Below are positions 12,201-21,779 of a stretch of DNA of 52,313 nucleotides, one piece after another. Origin of the DNA: Carpediemonas membranifera BICM (lineage: Eukaryota > Protista > Fornicata). The position numbers and the translations under genes are program-made. Location: contig JAHDYR010000005.1 in the NCBI GenBank assembly GCA_019828565.1, positions 666,929-719,241 of the forward strand, given 5' to 3'. Position 1 is the stretch's first letter; the number at the start of each line of letters is the position of its first letter. Under the pieces are notes generated by a model. The model saw only the letters and a list, made by a program, of their open reading frames with translations, was not told the DNA's origin and searched no databases.

Positions 12201-13192
12201 TTAATAACGGTGACTCCGGCGCCTGAATCAAGGAGAGCGGAGAGACTATGGCCATTGATCTGGACTTTGATCAGCGGCACGGACGACTTGTACTCAGTCT
12301 TCCCAGTAGACTGAGATGACTCGTTCTTAGACTTGTCGGAACTCAAAACACACAAACACTTGGAGGATTTACAGTAATCCTCCAGGTGGCCGAGACGGCC
12401 ACACTTCTTGCAGGTGTGTTTGGCCTTCTTGCACTTAAACACGGAATGGCCTCTTCCCCCGCAGTTGTAGCAGGTGTAACCCGAGTAGTCTTTTGCGGGC
12501 CTCTCCTTTTTGATCGTCTTGGGCTTGAGATCCTTCTCAGAGGAGGGCTTCTTCGGGGTGAAGGGAGCGTCGTGTCTGCGCTCTTGACGAGATGAGGCGG
12601 TTTGACGAGAGGGAGCGTCCTCGAACGCGCTCAGCAGGTTGCGCGACTCTTGGACTTCACGTGCTAGGGCTAGGACCGCGGGCATGGCCTTCTCCAGAGG
12701 CTGATCCTCGATGAGCTCTTGAATGCGGTACATGGCCTTGGGGTTACTCTTGAAGGCACGAGTATACGTCTCTTTGAGGTTGTCCTCGTTGAGCGACTTC
12801 CCATCGAAGAGGGACAGGAGGAGGGTGAACTTCCGGTTGATACGTGCTACCTGCACCGTGTCGAAACTGTTGGCGCGCAGGCGGAAGAGCTGGAGGCGTG
12901 AAGTCTTCGCGCGCGGTTGAAGGGCTTGGCCGAGCCGCTTGAGGGTCCTTTGATCCTTGAGATCGCGAATGTTCTTCTTTGAGGCTATAAGAGGGGTATG
13001 CTCGTCGCTATCGTCAGGATCAGTGTCCAGAATGGTCGTAATGAGGTCTTGAACCGCGCTATCGATGAGGTCGGTGATATCTCGATGGCCTCCATAGACC
13101 CGATAGTCTCGGAAGGCCTCGGCGAATGCGATCAGTGCCTCTACTGAAGGAATTGTTAGTAGAGGCGGGATTAAGCGTTTCTTATCGTTCAT
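9263..13192 (-). CDS. Gag-Pol polyprotein of element II (~1309 aa)
   Basis: Two CCHC knuckles, LLDSGA, YIDD, TDASGVGYG, TDHRNL, HHCC-type zinc finger, VDTMGP/SDGGPEF/NGMVER and chromodomain WEVERI...YLVHWAG. The ATG at 13192 is the first one after the 5' LTR. Confidence 0.95.
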   Translation of the reverse strand: MNDKKRLIPPLLTIPSVEALIAFAEAFRDYRVYGGHRDITDLIDSAVQDLITTILDTDPDDSDEHTPLIASKKNIRDLKDQRTLKRLGQALQPRAKTSRLQLFRLRANSFDTVQVARINRKFTLLLSLFDGKSLNEDNLKETYTRAFKSNPKAMYRIQELIEDQPLEKAMPAVLALAREVQESRNLLSAFEDAPSRQTASSRQERRHDAPFTPKKPSSEKDLKPKTIKKERPAKDYSGYTCYNCGGRGHSVFKCKKAKHTCKKCGRLGHLEDYCKSSKCLCVLSSDKSKNESSQSTGKTEYKSSVPLIKVQINGHSLSALLDSGAGVTVIKSTWASKLPRVSSEIIPIRTANKGILHAQGAVEGDVRLLPSAFTPKACSYKPRMLLLDTEFDMIIGYPDMVSLGILPQAYADERDDDEVEIPDVYKYQAPLFTMSQTSVDRQAKLIRRYSDVFEDRSEPSRLEPYDLILREDRVVNARPYFVPPAKVDIIREHIDELSLKGFIEKSNSPYASPAMTVPKKGGKSRFVVDFRQINEITPTFDYPIPMIDEVIAQLPNKKIFATLDLSSGYHQVELTKRCRKYTAFTTILGQYQYTRMPFGLRNAGAHFQRAMESAFAELVGHACYIYIDDITVFGEDEEYYLRNLESVLQRTRQVKLQLNRDKCQFSRAEVEFLGRVISHGCQRIAADRIQDILDLEMPKSVKGMQALVGFLNYFRDHVPGFAEVVHPLTQAMAAKIPLGGDEQEQALRKVKTLLAQAEALAIFDASKEHTIMTDASGVGYGAVLLQEGQPVCFMSKAFEQVQSRWSVGEKEAFAIVAAIKRWNKYLSWGKFTLLTDHRNLIYMYKSTNAKVRRWAEAMSDMDFDVKHVAGLDNGGADGLSRVYVIQPASEGDVEAEHLTAGAHLSRRVVTERLKDQGKSVSRETVNKVIENCPVCQVIRRLPVDSPAGLHTAVDRPFRRVAVDTMGPFPAVDGKAYITVMIDMCSRWTELVASSNTTGAAAADALVNNWILRFGCPEVLQSDGGPEFKNQLFKRIADEMGFKIHITTAHHPQSNGMVERANQQVLRILKARKFQLRGSTWIENLPVAQFIVNSSPRTATRLSPAEIVLGYDLRIPQNVYVTDSSTASASESHREAAAAAIQLASSRVQAMREDALAKATASRNEIISRFVLVKYPSRPPNKLSPGWRGPMRRLAGVKQHGVVVAYKVLDLSEKDNSKAITVDASRVRKFNPGRLTEDQIKALAATADDEWEVERISRSRGRGPMSKREYLVHWAGCEDEEATWQDYSSVKDLEALDVYLKSDEARQAGL

Positions 13193-13210
13193 GGAAGGAA
13201 TTTCTAGAAA

Positions 13211-13331
13211 TGTAGTCCGTTTAGGACAAGAACACTTTATGAGGAAAAAAGACGACACCAAAAGTGTCGACAGAAACCTGAAGACTATGTAAATAATGTT
13301 ACTATGTAAATATTGGGTAAGACCCACGACA
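13211..13331 (-). repeat. 5' LTR of element II
   Basis: Direct repeat of 7220-7340; followed by the palindrome ATTTCTAGAAAT (13200-13211). Confidence 0.95.
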
Positions 13332-13447
13332 AGCCATAGGCACCTGCCAATAGCCTGAGGTCAGGTCCAGGGCGGCAAATCGGTAAGGTAAGGTAAGGTT
13401 TCCTATTCCATGGGGTCTTGGACAATGATGGTCCCAGACATCTGGGT

Positions 13448-13770
13448 CATACTGTTAAAAACGGGGTTTCGATGCCTGAGGAAGTCGTGAGGAAGTGAAA
13501 ATGGCGATATCCGAAACTAAAACCCCTGAAGCCGATTTAAATACTACAGCAGGTGCTTTATAGATGAATAACGCATATCTTACATCTTTGTCGAGCATTG
13601 CTTTGCTCATCGGCGAGTAATCCGTGAAACGCATTTTATGTAGTTGGTGAAAAGTGGTCGTCATGACAAGCTGAGCTATAAGCAAGTTCAGTACTACTGG
13701 CTATACATCCTCTCTTGGTTTCAGCTCTCAGCAATGTCAGTCGCTGGGTTCTATTGATTGAATCACACGA
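13448..13770 (+). mobile_element. Possible left-end relic of a transposon related to the 33357-44665 element
   Basis: Starts CATACTGT like the TIR at 33357. Shares aacgcattttatgt and tgattgaatca with 33546-33685 at similar distances from the end. No right end found. Confidence 0.5.
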
Positions 13771-14194
13771 TCTCGGGATTGGTGTAGTGCTAACACTAAC
13801 TGAGCATACTAGGGTGCTATATGACCTTCATGCAGCACCCGACTATGTTCGGTTAGTATTAGCACTTCATCAATCTTGAGATATAAAAGATGTGGTACCA
13901 TATCTCGTCGATGACAACATTGCAGAACATTTCGCCAACAGTAGATGTGTATCATAGCCTATAAGGGCTAATGGTATGCTTCATCTTTATCGACGCCGTC
14001 GAAGGTGCCCAAAGACGTTGTGAAAGGGAAGCTTTTTCAAATCCTCATCTGTGGAAAACTGAACTCCTCAGTGGCGGTGATCATGGCACAGCGGGTCGAA
14101 GAGAGCCCTCTCGCTGTGATGTTGCTCAGCTGGGTTGGGGGTGTGGGACCGATGCTCTCAACTATCGAAGCTTGTATGAATCAACGTAATTTAC

Positions 14195-15532
14195 TTACTT
14201 GAAGTTCTTGCCCTCAAGAACCTCGCCGTACTGGCCGCCGAAGTTGTTGGCAGACTCCCAAGCGAAGACGTCCTCGATGAAGGCCTTGTCCTCCGGCTTG
14301 GTGTGGTCGAGCTTCTCGAAAGTGTAGTTCTCAGCATCAGCGATCTCGCAGTCGGAGCCGGGGGTGAAGGCCTCGAGGAGCTCAGTGCCGCGGGTCATCC
14401 AGACGCCGAACATGTCGAGGTGGTCCTCCTTGAGGTCCTTGGTGACTGTGTAAGAAACGATGGGCCGTTGTGAAATGATCTCACAATCGTTCGTAACAAA
14501 CTGTTGAAGCTACCGAAAGCAACCTTGCGGATGGGGTCGCAGCGCTGGATGAAGCCAGAGCAGAGGTTGGCAGTCATGAAGCCGACCTTGAGCTCGTCCT
14601 GGTACTTGTAGGTGCACTTCCAGAAGGAGTAGTCAGCGGCGTCAAGGTTCTCCCAGAGCCACTTCATGGCGTCGGGGGTGTCGTTGTTGGAGTACTGGCG
14701 CTTCCACTCATCCATGGGGAACTTGGGGGCGGGGAGGGCAGCGAGGGGGTCCTCCTTCTTCTCAGCCTTCTTGGGCTCAGCGGGCTTCTCCTCCTTCTTG
14801 GCAGCGGGCTTCTTGGCCTCCTTCTTGGGGGTCTCCTTCTTAGGGGGCTGGGGGGCCTTCTCGCACAGGACGGGGGCGCCGTAAACCTCGACGTAAGCGG
14901 GGAGCTCGGACATCATCTTGAAGTGGCGGACGACAGCGGGGTACTGGTCGCGGAGCTTCTTCTCCATGAGGTGGCGGAAGTAGACATCGAGGATGGCAAC
15001 GAGGGCAAAGTCAGCGAGGGTGAGGCGCTGGCCGGCCATGAAGGTGTTCTTCTCGAGGTGGGCCTCAAGAACCTTGAAGTAGGCGAGAGAGTCGTTTTTG
15101 GCGTTGTTGACGAGGAGGCCGTTGAAGGGAGCGTAGCCGATCATCGGAGCGAGCCAGGGCCACATCTTGGTCTCGAGGTCGGTGGAGATGGAGAACATCC
15201 ACTGGCGAACCTGGCCGCGGGCAACGAAGCAGGAGCCGAGGAGGTTGAGGGCGGGAGCCATCTCAGCGAGAGCGATGGCGATGTTGTCGGACTCGAAGAG
15301 AGCGGCACCGTTGTCAAGAACAAGAACGGGGATCTTGCCGAGAGGGTTAAGCTTGAGGTGCTCCTCAGACTGGATAAGCGATTGGGGACCGCATAAGAGC
15401 GGGCATATGACAAACCTTGATCTGCTTCATGTCGGCGATGTACTCGACATCGAGGGCGACGCCGCAGTGCTTAGCAACGAGCTCGGCGTACTTGCCGAAA
15501 GGAGACTGCTTGCCAGTGATGAGCTTAGCCAT
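14195..15532 (-). CDS. EEF1G: Translation elongation factor 1-gamma (eEF1B gamma); exons 15532-15416, 15369-14502, 14445-14195
   Basis: GST-like N-terminus (LNPLGKIP, LFESDNIA, TLADF), Lys-rich linker and EF1G domain (FPMDEWKRQYSNNDT, YSFWKCTYKY, FGVWMTRG). Two GTTTGT...CAG introns (46 and 56 nt) restore the frame. Confidence 0.95.
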
Positions 15533-15695
15533 GATTCTCGTGTATCGAACCGAAAAAATGTTGCATGAAAAAAGAAAAAAACACGGCGAGACTCGCGGTA
15601 GGCTAGAGCCATCTACCTTGCCGTATAGACAGCGATGGGCTGAAAAATCTAGTTTACGGAGTCGCCATGTGTTGTAGCCGTCATCCAGCAACGAC

Positions 15696-16094
15696 TCACA
15701 TGTTGCTCTCTATGAACTTCAGATTATCCGCCACAGCGCACATGTTGGCGTGGGTTGTGCGGATGAAGGACTTGACGTCCCCAAGCTCTGCCACTGAGGT
15801 GTTGAATGACTCGATGAGGGAAAGGAAGGCCTGTGACTGCTTGTTGATGGTCATGTGGCGCGCCTGGATCTGCTTAACGAGCTGCTGAATCTGTCTCTGG
15901 TTGCTAAAGAGTGTGTTGATGTCCTTGTTCGTCTCTCCGACGAGTTCTTTCGCATATTGGTCTACGTTCTTCAGCGCCGCCATCCCGAGGGACTCTGTCA
16001 TTGAATGAAGCGCTTTGGCCTTACTGGCGTGTTGTTCAAGGCGTTGTTGGAAAATTGATGACATTTGTTCTCTCATCGTGTCTGTTGTGAGCAT
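15696..16094 (-). CDS. BLOC1S1: BLOC-1 subunit 1 (GCN5L1)-like protein
   Basis: 132-aa coiled coil. NQRQI and FNTSVAELGDVKSF match the BLOC1S1 FN.ALKEIGDVENW pattern. Confidence 0.8.
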   Translation of the reverse strand: MLTTDTMREQMSSIFQQRLEQHASKAKALHSMTESLGMAALKNVDQYAKELVGETNKDINTLFSNQRQIQQLVKQIQARHMTINKQSQAFLSLIESFNTSVAELGDVKSFIRTTHANMCAVADNLKFIESNM

Positions 16095-16246
16095 TAAACT
16101 GCATTTCCGAATTCGGTGTCAATTCAGACAACAGAAGCTTCTCCAGTCGAAAGAACCAAGACCACCGGCCAGCCCCAGCGTACGTGCAACTTGCTGAGGC
16201 AAGACCTCTCATCAGTCATCCACCGCGACGCTAGTATTTACAGCGG

Positions 16247-18049
16247 TTACATCTGCATCCGCAGCCACTTGAGGATGGCCTCCGTGCCTTGGGTGATTAT
16301 CGCCTGCCGCAGCCGTCTCAGGATGTTGCCCTCGACCTGGAACTGCGTCAGCGGGCATCGCCCCATCACCGGTGGTATCGTCGACATGTCATTGTTCGCG
16401 ATGTCGAGCACTTGCAGCCCAACCTTGACAAATGACTCGCCGAGCTCAGTCGGGAAGTCTGCAATGTGGTTGTTGGCGACAATGAGGGTTTCCAGCCTGG
16501 GGGGCACGCCGCGGGCCTCGAATGGGAATGTTTTGAGGGCGTTGTAGGACATGTCGAGGTGTCGGAGGGGCAGGCGGGCGAAGACGGTCTCGGGTACGGA
16601 ATAGTTCGAGATCTTATTGACGGAAAGATCCAAGTGCTCCAGATTCCGGCACTGTGCCAGAGTTTCCGGCACGGCGGTCAGTCGGTTCTTACGCAGGACA
16701 ACCGTCTTGAGCGTCGCGATGCGGTGCAGCGCAGGCATCTCCGTGAGCTTGTTATCGCCCAACTCGAGCGTCTGCAGGGACGGGAACAGCTCTGCCAGCA
16801 GCTCGTCGTCGATGGACTCGAGCCCGCATCCGTTGGCAATGACTGCGGTGACTCCGTCGAGGTCGGCCCGACCCCGCATGGACCGTTGGGGGAACACAGT
16901 CGGCCCGGGGGAGACCACGAGACGGCCGGAGGCCCCCAGAGTCTCGGCATGAACGGCGGCCTGGGGCTCGTCGTCCTCTACGTCCATACGGGTGCGGAGG
17001 AGATCGAGGACTGCCACAGCGCCCTTCTGGAGGACTGCGTGCTTCAGATCCTTGAGCTGGTTGCCCTCGGCGCTGAGCCGTACCAGAGTGCCCTGCAGCA
17101 GGCCGAGGCGGGGCGGGAGGGAGCGGAGGCTGTTGTTGTGAACGTCCAGTGTGGTAAGTGATGACAACCGGTCAATGTCGTCAGGTAAGGACTCGATACT
17201 GTTGTCTGACACCACAAGCACGCTCAGTTTCCGGCACTCAAGCAAACTTTCCGGCAATCCGGAAAGCTGGTTGTTCCCCATCCGGAGCTCTGTGAGTGCC
17301 TCCGGCATTGCGGGCACAAATCTGATACTATTGTGCTCCGCTTCAACAGTGTGCAGTTTAGTGCACTGACCGAGGAAGTCGGGCAAGGCCATGAGTCTGT
17401 TGAAGGAGAGGTTGATTGTCTCGAGCGACGGGATGGGTTTCATCTCGGAGAGATCATCGAGCATGTTGTGTGACAGGTCGAGGTGGATCAAGTTTGTCCA
17501 CAACGCGCCTGTGCCTGGGGGAACGCGTGCCAGACGGTTGTTGGAGACATCGAGCGATGCCAGGGCGAGGCAGCGTGTGATGGACGAGGGCAGGGCGGCC
17601 AGGCTGTTGCGGGATAGCGTCAGCAGGGCAAGGACGGGCAGCCTGTCGAGGACGTCAGGGAGGTCCGTCAGACGATTCCCGTCCAGCTTGAGGGCACGGA
17701 GCTCGGCAAGAGCCTCCACAGCCTTGGGGAAGGACAGCAGCATGTTGTTGGACAGATCGAGGACGGAGAGCTCGAGCCAGCGAGAGATGTCGTCGGTGAG
17801 CTCCACGAGCTTATTGTCACGGGCGATGATCTTGGTTATTCCGACAAGTTCAAACCACTTCTCTCCGAAATCCTCTTCGTTGATGTTGTAGACAAATGGA
17901 GGGAGGTCGATCAGGTCGCAGTTGCTGATAATGAGCTCGCCACTGTGCCGTGCTCGCTTGCAAGCACCTTCAACACGTGCGGAAGGATCTGGTGCAAAGA
18001 TTTGTACGCCTGTGCCGATCGCACCGCCACCAAAGCGTCCTCTATTCAT
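16247..18049 (-). CDS. LRRC40: Leucine-rich repeat protein, LRRC40-like
   Basis: 600 aa of LxxLxLxxNxL repeats; N-terminal ARHSGEL...KWFE and duplicated (K/Q)G..A(V/I)L..LR caps typical of LRRC40. Confidence 0.85.
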   Translation of the reverse strand: MNRGRFGGGAIGTGVQIFAPDPSARVEGACKRARHSGELIISNCDLIDLPPFVYNINEEDFGEKWFELVGITKIIARDNKLVELTDDISRWLELSVLDLSNNMLLSFPKAVEALAELRALKLDGNRLTDLPDVLDRLPVLALLTLSRNSLAALPSSITRCLALASLDVSNNRLARVPPGTGALWTNLIHLDLSHNMLDDLSEMKPIPSLETINLSFNRLMALPDFLGQCTKLHTVEAEHNSIRFVPAMPEALTELRMGNNQLSGLPESLLECRKLSVLVVSDNSIESLPDDIDRLSSLTTLDVHNNSLRSLPPRLGLLQGTLVRLSAEGNQLKDLKHAVLQKGAVAVLDLLRTRMDVEDDEPQAAVHAETLGASGRLVVSPGPTVFPQRSMRGRADLDGVTAVIANGCGLESIDDELLAELFPSLQTLELGDNKLTEMPALHRIATLKTVVLRKNRLTAVPETLAQCRNLEHLDLSVNKISNYSVPETVFARLPLRHLDMSYNALKTFPFEARGVPPRLETLIVANNHIADFPTELGESFVKVGLQVLDIANNDMSTIPPVMGRCPLTQFQVEGNILRRLRQAIITQGTEAILKWLRMQM

Positions 18050-18462
18050 CGTTTCAGGATCTTGATTGATTTATGCAATGTGTGCACTTTAAAGCGTGCA
18101 GAGAGAGCCGCTGCCAGGTACGGACTGCTACCGCGGCCATCTATTCAGGCAACTAGTCACCTCATGCCGCGCGGGCGCGGGTTTGGTGCTGTTTGCTTGA
18201 TGGCCGCGGTAGCAGCCCCTACCGAGCAGTGGAAGACTTTTGTTAAAGATGGTGTTGCTGTCCTGGGTGGGAGATTTTATTCTTAACGAGACGTTTATGT
18301 GCTCCAGATGTAAATCGAAGGATTTTCAGCAATGACCTTGCCCTTCCCTACTTCTCGCCATCTTATCGCATACCGGCCAGACCTCAGGGTCTGCTCGACA
18401 CCCGCATCAGCCATAGTAGCGTCCAGACGGACCTCAGCTGGTCCGATCTGGTGATCTCCCAG

Positions 18463-18780
18463 CCCAGCCGTCAGGATCGGATAGAATAAAGGCTAGCGGT
18501 CTCGGCATTCTCCATCTCGCTGCCCAACATGGCGCCCATGGCGATCTGCTTCCACCGGGCCCCCTCCTCGCCCAGCTTGGCGTCGAGCTCGGTCAGCTGG
18601 GTGTTCAAGGCGTCGCTCTGCTCCCTGGACTGCAGCAAGTCCTTGCATGCGACTTCTACGTCGAGAGAGAGAGTTCAGCTGGGCCCGGCGCTCGTCCACC
18701 ATGGCCTCGAGCTGCTTGGAGAGCTCACTGTAGACAGCATCGAACTCGGCGGTTTGGAGCTCACCGTTCCTTCACAAGAC
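18463..18780 (-). pseudogene. Frameshifted coiled-coil gene fragment
   Basis: Coding-like heptad sequence (DAVYSELSKQLEAMVDERRAQL / DALNTQLTELDAKL) broken at an (AG)n run. Confidence 0.3.
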
Positions 18781-18906
18781 TGCTAATACGCTGTCTACGG
18801 GCGATTGAAGCGGATGCGCCTGGAGAATGGAACGCCTGGCCGATTATATTGGTCTTCATGCGTGTCAGAGACGGCTGGCGCCTTCACAGTGTAGCCTGCG
18901 ACATCG

Positions 18907-20034
18907 ATGACTTCAAGGAAGATTTTCGCTGTAAGATTGTTCGACCCCAATCTTCGGAGAAGATTTGGTCGCAATCGAATCGGGCAGAGTCGAGGCGAGT
19001 CGTTCACGCCGCTGAACGCACCAAGTACCAGTCCTATTTTAATGGAAGAGACAAGGCAGGTTATCATCGCCCAAGGTGGGCTAGATGCGGACGAGCTGCG
19101 GGCGATGCAGCTCGACGAGAACGAGAGGGGCGCATGGCATGAGACGGAGGCCCCGTACGAGGTGCCCGACGTCGTGGGGCTCGTGGACCGAGGGGAGCAC
19201 TGGGTAATGCTACACTTGCTCCACGCCGTCGACGCGGTGAGGGAGGCGGACCGGCCGAAGGCCTTCGCTTGTCTGCGCGACGAGTACCTCCAGCTGTGCC
19301 GCGCCAGCAGGGGCGCCGCGCTGAGAAACCATGACCTATATGAGCTGCGGAACCGCCTGATCCGCAAGGCGGGGTTCCCGGCGACCACGGCACCGAAGGT
19401 GCCCACCCGATTCACGGCAGTCTTCCGCGCGAGCAGCAGCGGCGGGGGCGGCCGGGGTGGCAGAGGCCGTGGTGGCGGTGCACCAGCCGGCGGCCAGGCT
19501 GAGGTAAACGGCCAGGCATACCCTTCGATCATTATTGCGGAGAACGCCGAAGTGCCCACGGAGAACGAGGCCTTCGAGGAACGACAGGAACCACAGTCCG
19601 AGGATGAGGCAGTTGTGGAGAGCGCTGAAGCGCCCACAACCGGAGACGAAGCCAGCGACGAAGAGAAGGACGACGACGATGGGGGAGTGCCGAGCGAGAT
19701 GGCTAGCACCGAGGCGCCCATAGCTGCGGACGCGGACAACGAAGAGCGCGACGGCCGCACGAAGGAGTTGCGTGAAGATCCTTCATCGTCTGCAAAACCC
19801 ACCGAGACCATCGCGGACCAGACGGAAGACGGCGCCTCGCGGTGGGACATAAGGCAGGAGGCCCTCCCGCTGATAGGGGAGGCAATCCAACGACGATGGC
19901 TCGGCACGATGCCGCCGGAGCGCATCGAGCGGCTCAGGGCCATTCTGCGCGAGGCCGGCGAGTGGGCCCTTCGCCCCGACCAACCTCAACCCGGACATAC
20001 TGGAGGCGATGGGGGCCCCTCAGCGGGTGGCTGA
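18907..20034 (+). CDS. ORF1 / Gag-like protein of the DIRS-like element
   Basis: Lies upstream of and overlaps the RT ORF; has an RGG box and acidic region. No zinc knuckle seen. Confidence 0.6.
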   Translation: MTSRKIFAVRLFDPNLRRRFGRNRIGQSRGESFTPLNAPSTSPILMEETRQVIIAQGGLDADELRAMQLDENERGAWHETEAPYEVPDVVGLVDRGEHWVMLHLLHAVDAVREADRPKAFACLRDEYLQLCRASRGAALRNHDLYELRNRLIRKAGFPATTAPKVPTRFTAVFRASSSGGGGRGGRGRGGGAPAGGQAEVNGQAYPSIIIAENAEVPTENEAFEERQEPQSEDEAVVESAEAPTTGDEASDEEKDDDDGGVPSEMASTEAPIAADADNEERDGRTKELREDPSSSAKPTETIADQTEDGASRWDIRQEALPLIGEAIQRRWLGTMPPERIERLRAILREAGEWALRPDQPQPGHTGGDGGPSAGG

Positions 20035-21706
20035 CTGGGCGACGACCGGGGTGGAGATACCGTGGGCGGGAACCCCGCCGCCCCACGACAGCGAGGACTC
20101 GCGCGCCATGGTTCGAGAGGCGGACATGGCAGCGGCAGAGGAGACCATGGACGGTCTAGCCCGGGACGGCATCATCGAAGAGGCAGGAGTGGATGATGTA
20201 GCATGTACGATGCCGGTCCATCTTTTCTGGAAGGACGACTCCGACCACAGCCGCGGGATGCGGGTGGTCACGGACGCGATTTTCGCCAACACGTACATGC
20301 AGCGGTGCCCGTTCACCTACGAGCTTCTACCCCCGCAGCTGGCGGCAGCAATGGGCGCCGTGGGCACCACCGACCTTGACCGTGGATTCTTCCAGGTCGC
20401 CCTCTGTGAGCAGGACAGGCAGTACTTCGGAGTGCGATGGGGCCACAAGCTCTACCGCTTCGCAGTGATGACGATGGGCGCGGCAACCTCGCCCGAGATC
20501 TTCACGGCCCTGGCGCAGCCGGCAGTGAACCTCCTACGCGCCATCGGTGTGGAGGTGGACCATCTCATCGATGACTTCGCGGCTCAGGACATGGAGCTGC
20601 TTCTGGGGGCATTGAAGCTGGCGGGTTGGGCGGCCAGCAGCCGGAAGACGGTCACCCCGGCCACCGAGTGGAAGTTCCGCGGACTCATGTGGCGCCAGGA
20701 CGGGGTGCGCCTGCCGGAAGACAAACAGAAGTGGCTCCTGGGGGAGATCGCCGCCGTTACCAGACTGAAGCAGATGACCATCAGGCGCGCGCAGAAACTC
20801 GTGGGCAAAGCCCAATACGCAGCCTGGGCAATCCCGAAGATACGCCGGCGTCTGACGCCTCTATACGACGCGTTGAGAGCGGCCCTGCGATTCGAGGCGG
20901 CTAACCCGGGAAAGAAGGCCTGGGTATTCGTGACGCCCTACCTAGCCAAGGCGCTGAGAGCAGCTGGAGCAGAGGTCGAGACGAACGACTTGCGCGACAT
21001 CGGTCGGATAGAACTGGGGCTAGTCATGGCGACGGACGCATGCTCGACCCAGGAGGGGGCCATCATCACGACGGGAGACCAGGCCGGCAGAACCTCGCAG
21101 CGGGAGTCTCGCGGCCTGTACTCGATCGCATATAAGGAGATCAGGGCAGTGGAGCTAGGATTGAAGACGTTCAAATCCCCGGCGGACTCGGCGGTCGTGG
21201 TGTACATCGATAACACGAACGCGTACTACCTCCTGCGCGGCAGCGAGACGAAGTCAACCCAGCTGAGGCAGGCGTGTGAAGCGATCTGGGAGCTCACGGA
21301 CGAAGCGAACATCGAGCTCATCGTGAGGTGGGTGCCGACGGGCGCTAACATTGCGGACATCATCTCCAGACAGGCGGTTGAGAGCGTCGACGTGGGCGAG
21401 GAGCTCAAGGCGTGGAGGCCGGCGACCACGGGCACGGTGGATTGCGCGCGGGGCGCTCTGTGGTCGACCCAACAGCCGCATCTGCTGCCGGAGGTCTCGC
21501 CGCCGGTGGAAGCGAGGGGAAAGGAGTCCCACTTCCAGGGCAGAGGGAAGGCACTGAGAGAGCTGATCATGGTGCGAGCCGACCAAGGGGACCCCATCCA
21601 GACGGGCGACGTGGTCAACCTAACGGAGAGGCGGTGGGGCGACCTAGAGCCTACGGGCCCCGACGAGAGAGCGGCGGCGGCGGGGGTGACGGAGCAGTAC
21701 GGGTAG
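20009..21706 (+). CDS. DIRS-type reverse transcriptase / RNase H
   Basis: DLDRGFFQ, MTMGAATSPEIF, LIDD, FRG, ATDACS, KEIRAV, YIDN, RWVPTGANIADIISR. Confidence 0.9.
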   Translation: MGAPQRVADWATTGVEIPWAGTPPPHDSEDSRAMVREADMAAAEETMDGLARDGIIEEAGVDDVACTMPVHLFWKDDSDHSRGMRVVTDAIFANTYMQRCPFTYELLPPQLAAAMGAVGTTDLDRGFFQVALCEQDRQYFGVRWGHKLYRFAVMTMGAATSPEIFTALAQPAVNLLRAIGVEVDHLIDDFAAQDMELLLGALKLAGWAASSRKTVTPATEWKFRGLMWRQDGVRLPEDKQKWLLGEIAAVTRLKQMTIRRAQKLVGKAQYAAWAIPKIRRRLTPLYDALRAALRFEAANPGKKAWVFVTPYLAKALRAAGAEVETNDLRDIGRIELGLVMATDACSTQEGAIITTGDQAGRTSQRESRGLYSIAYKEIRAVELGLKTFKSPADSAVVVYIDNTNAYYLLRGSETKSTQLRQACEAIWELTDEANIELIVRWVPTGANIADIISRQAVESVDVGEELKAWRPATTGTVDCARGALWSTQQPHLLPEVSPPVEARGKESHFQGRGKALRELIMVRADQGDPIQTGDVVNLTERRWGDLEPTGPDERAAAAGVTEQYG

Positions 21707-21779
21707 CCCGCCGCCCAGTCCTACAAGTGGGACGGCGCGCGCTGGGCACTGACGCTGGGAGGCGCGGTGGAGGGACCTC

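Larger units (their letters stand above)
7220..13331 (-). mobile_element. Full-length Ty3/Gypsy chromovirus II (6.1 kb)
   Basis: Two 121-bp LTRs (120/121 identical), intact single gag-pol ORF, PPT at 7341-7351 and an antisense ORF. No matching TSD. Confidence 0.95.

Noticed and set aside
13193-13327. N-terminal extension of the 1354-aa ORF
   Set aside because: Lies mostly in the LTR and starts at a non-ATG codon; the real start is probably 13192.
13382-13399. (GGTAA)3 repeat as a telomere seed or LINE tail
   Set aside because: Only about three units, with no TSD or coding remnant to support it.
18795-19943. 382-aa antisense ORF and many other overlapping ORFs in the track
   Set aside because: Shadow ORFs of GC-rich coding strands with no motifs.
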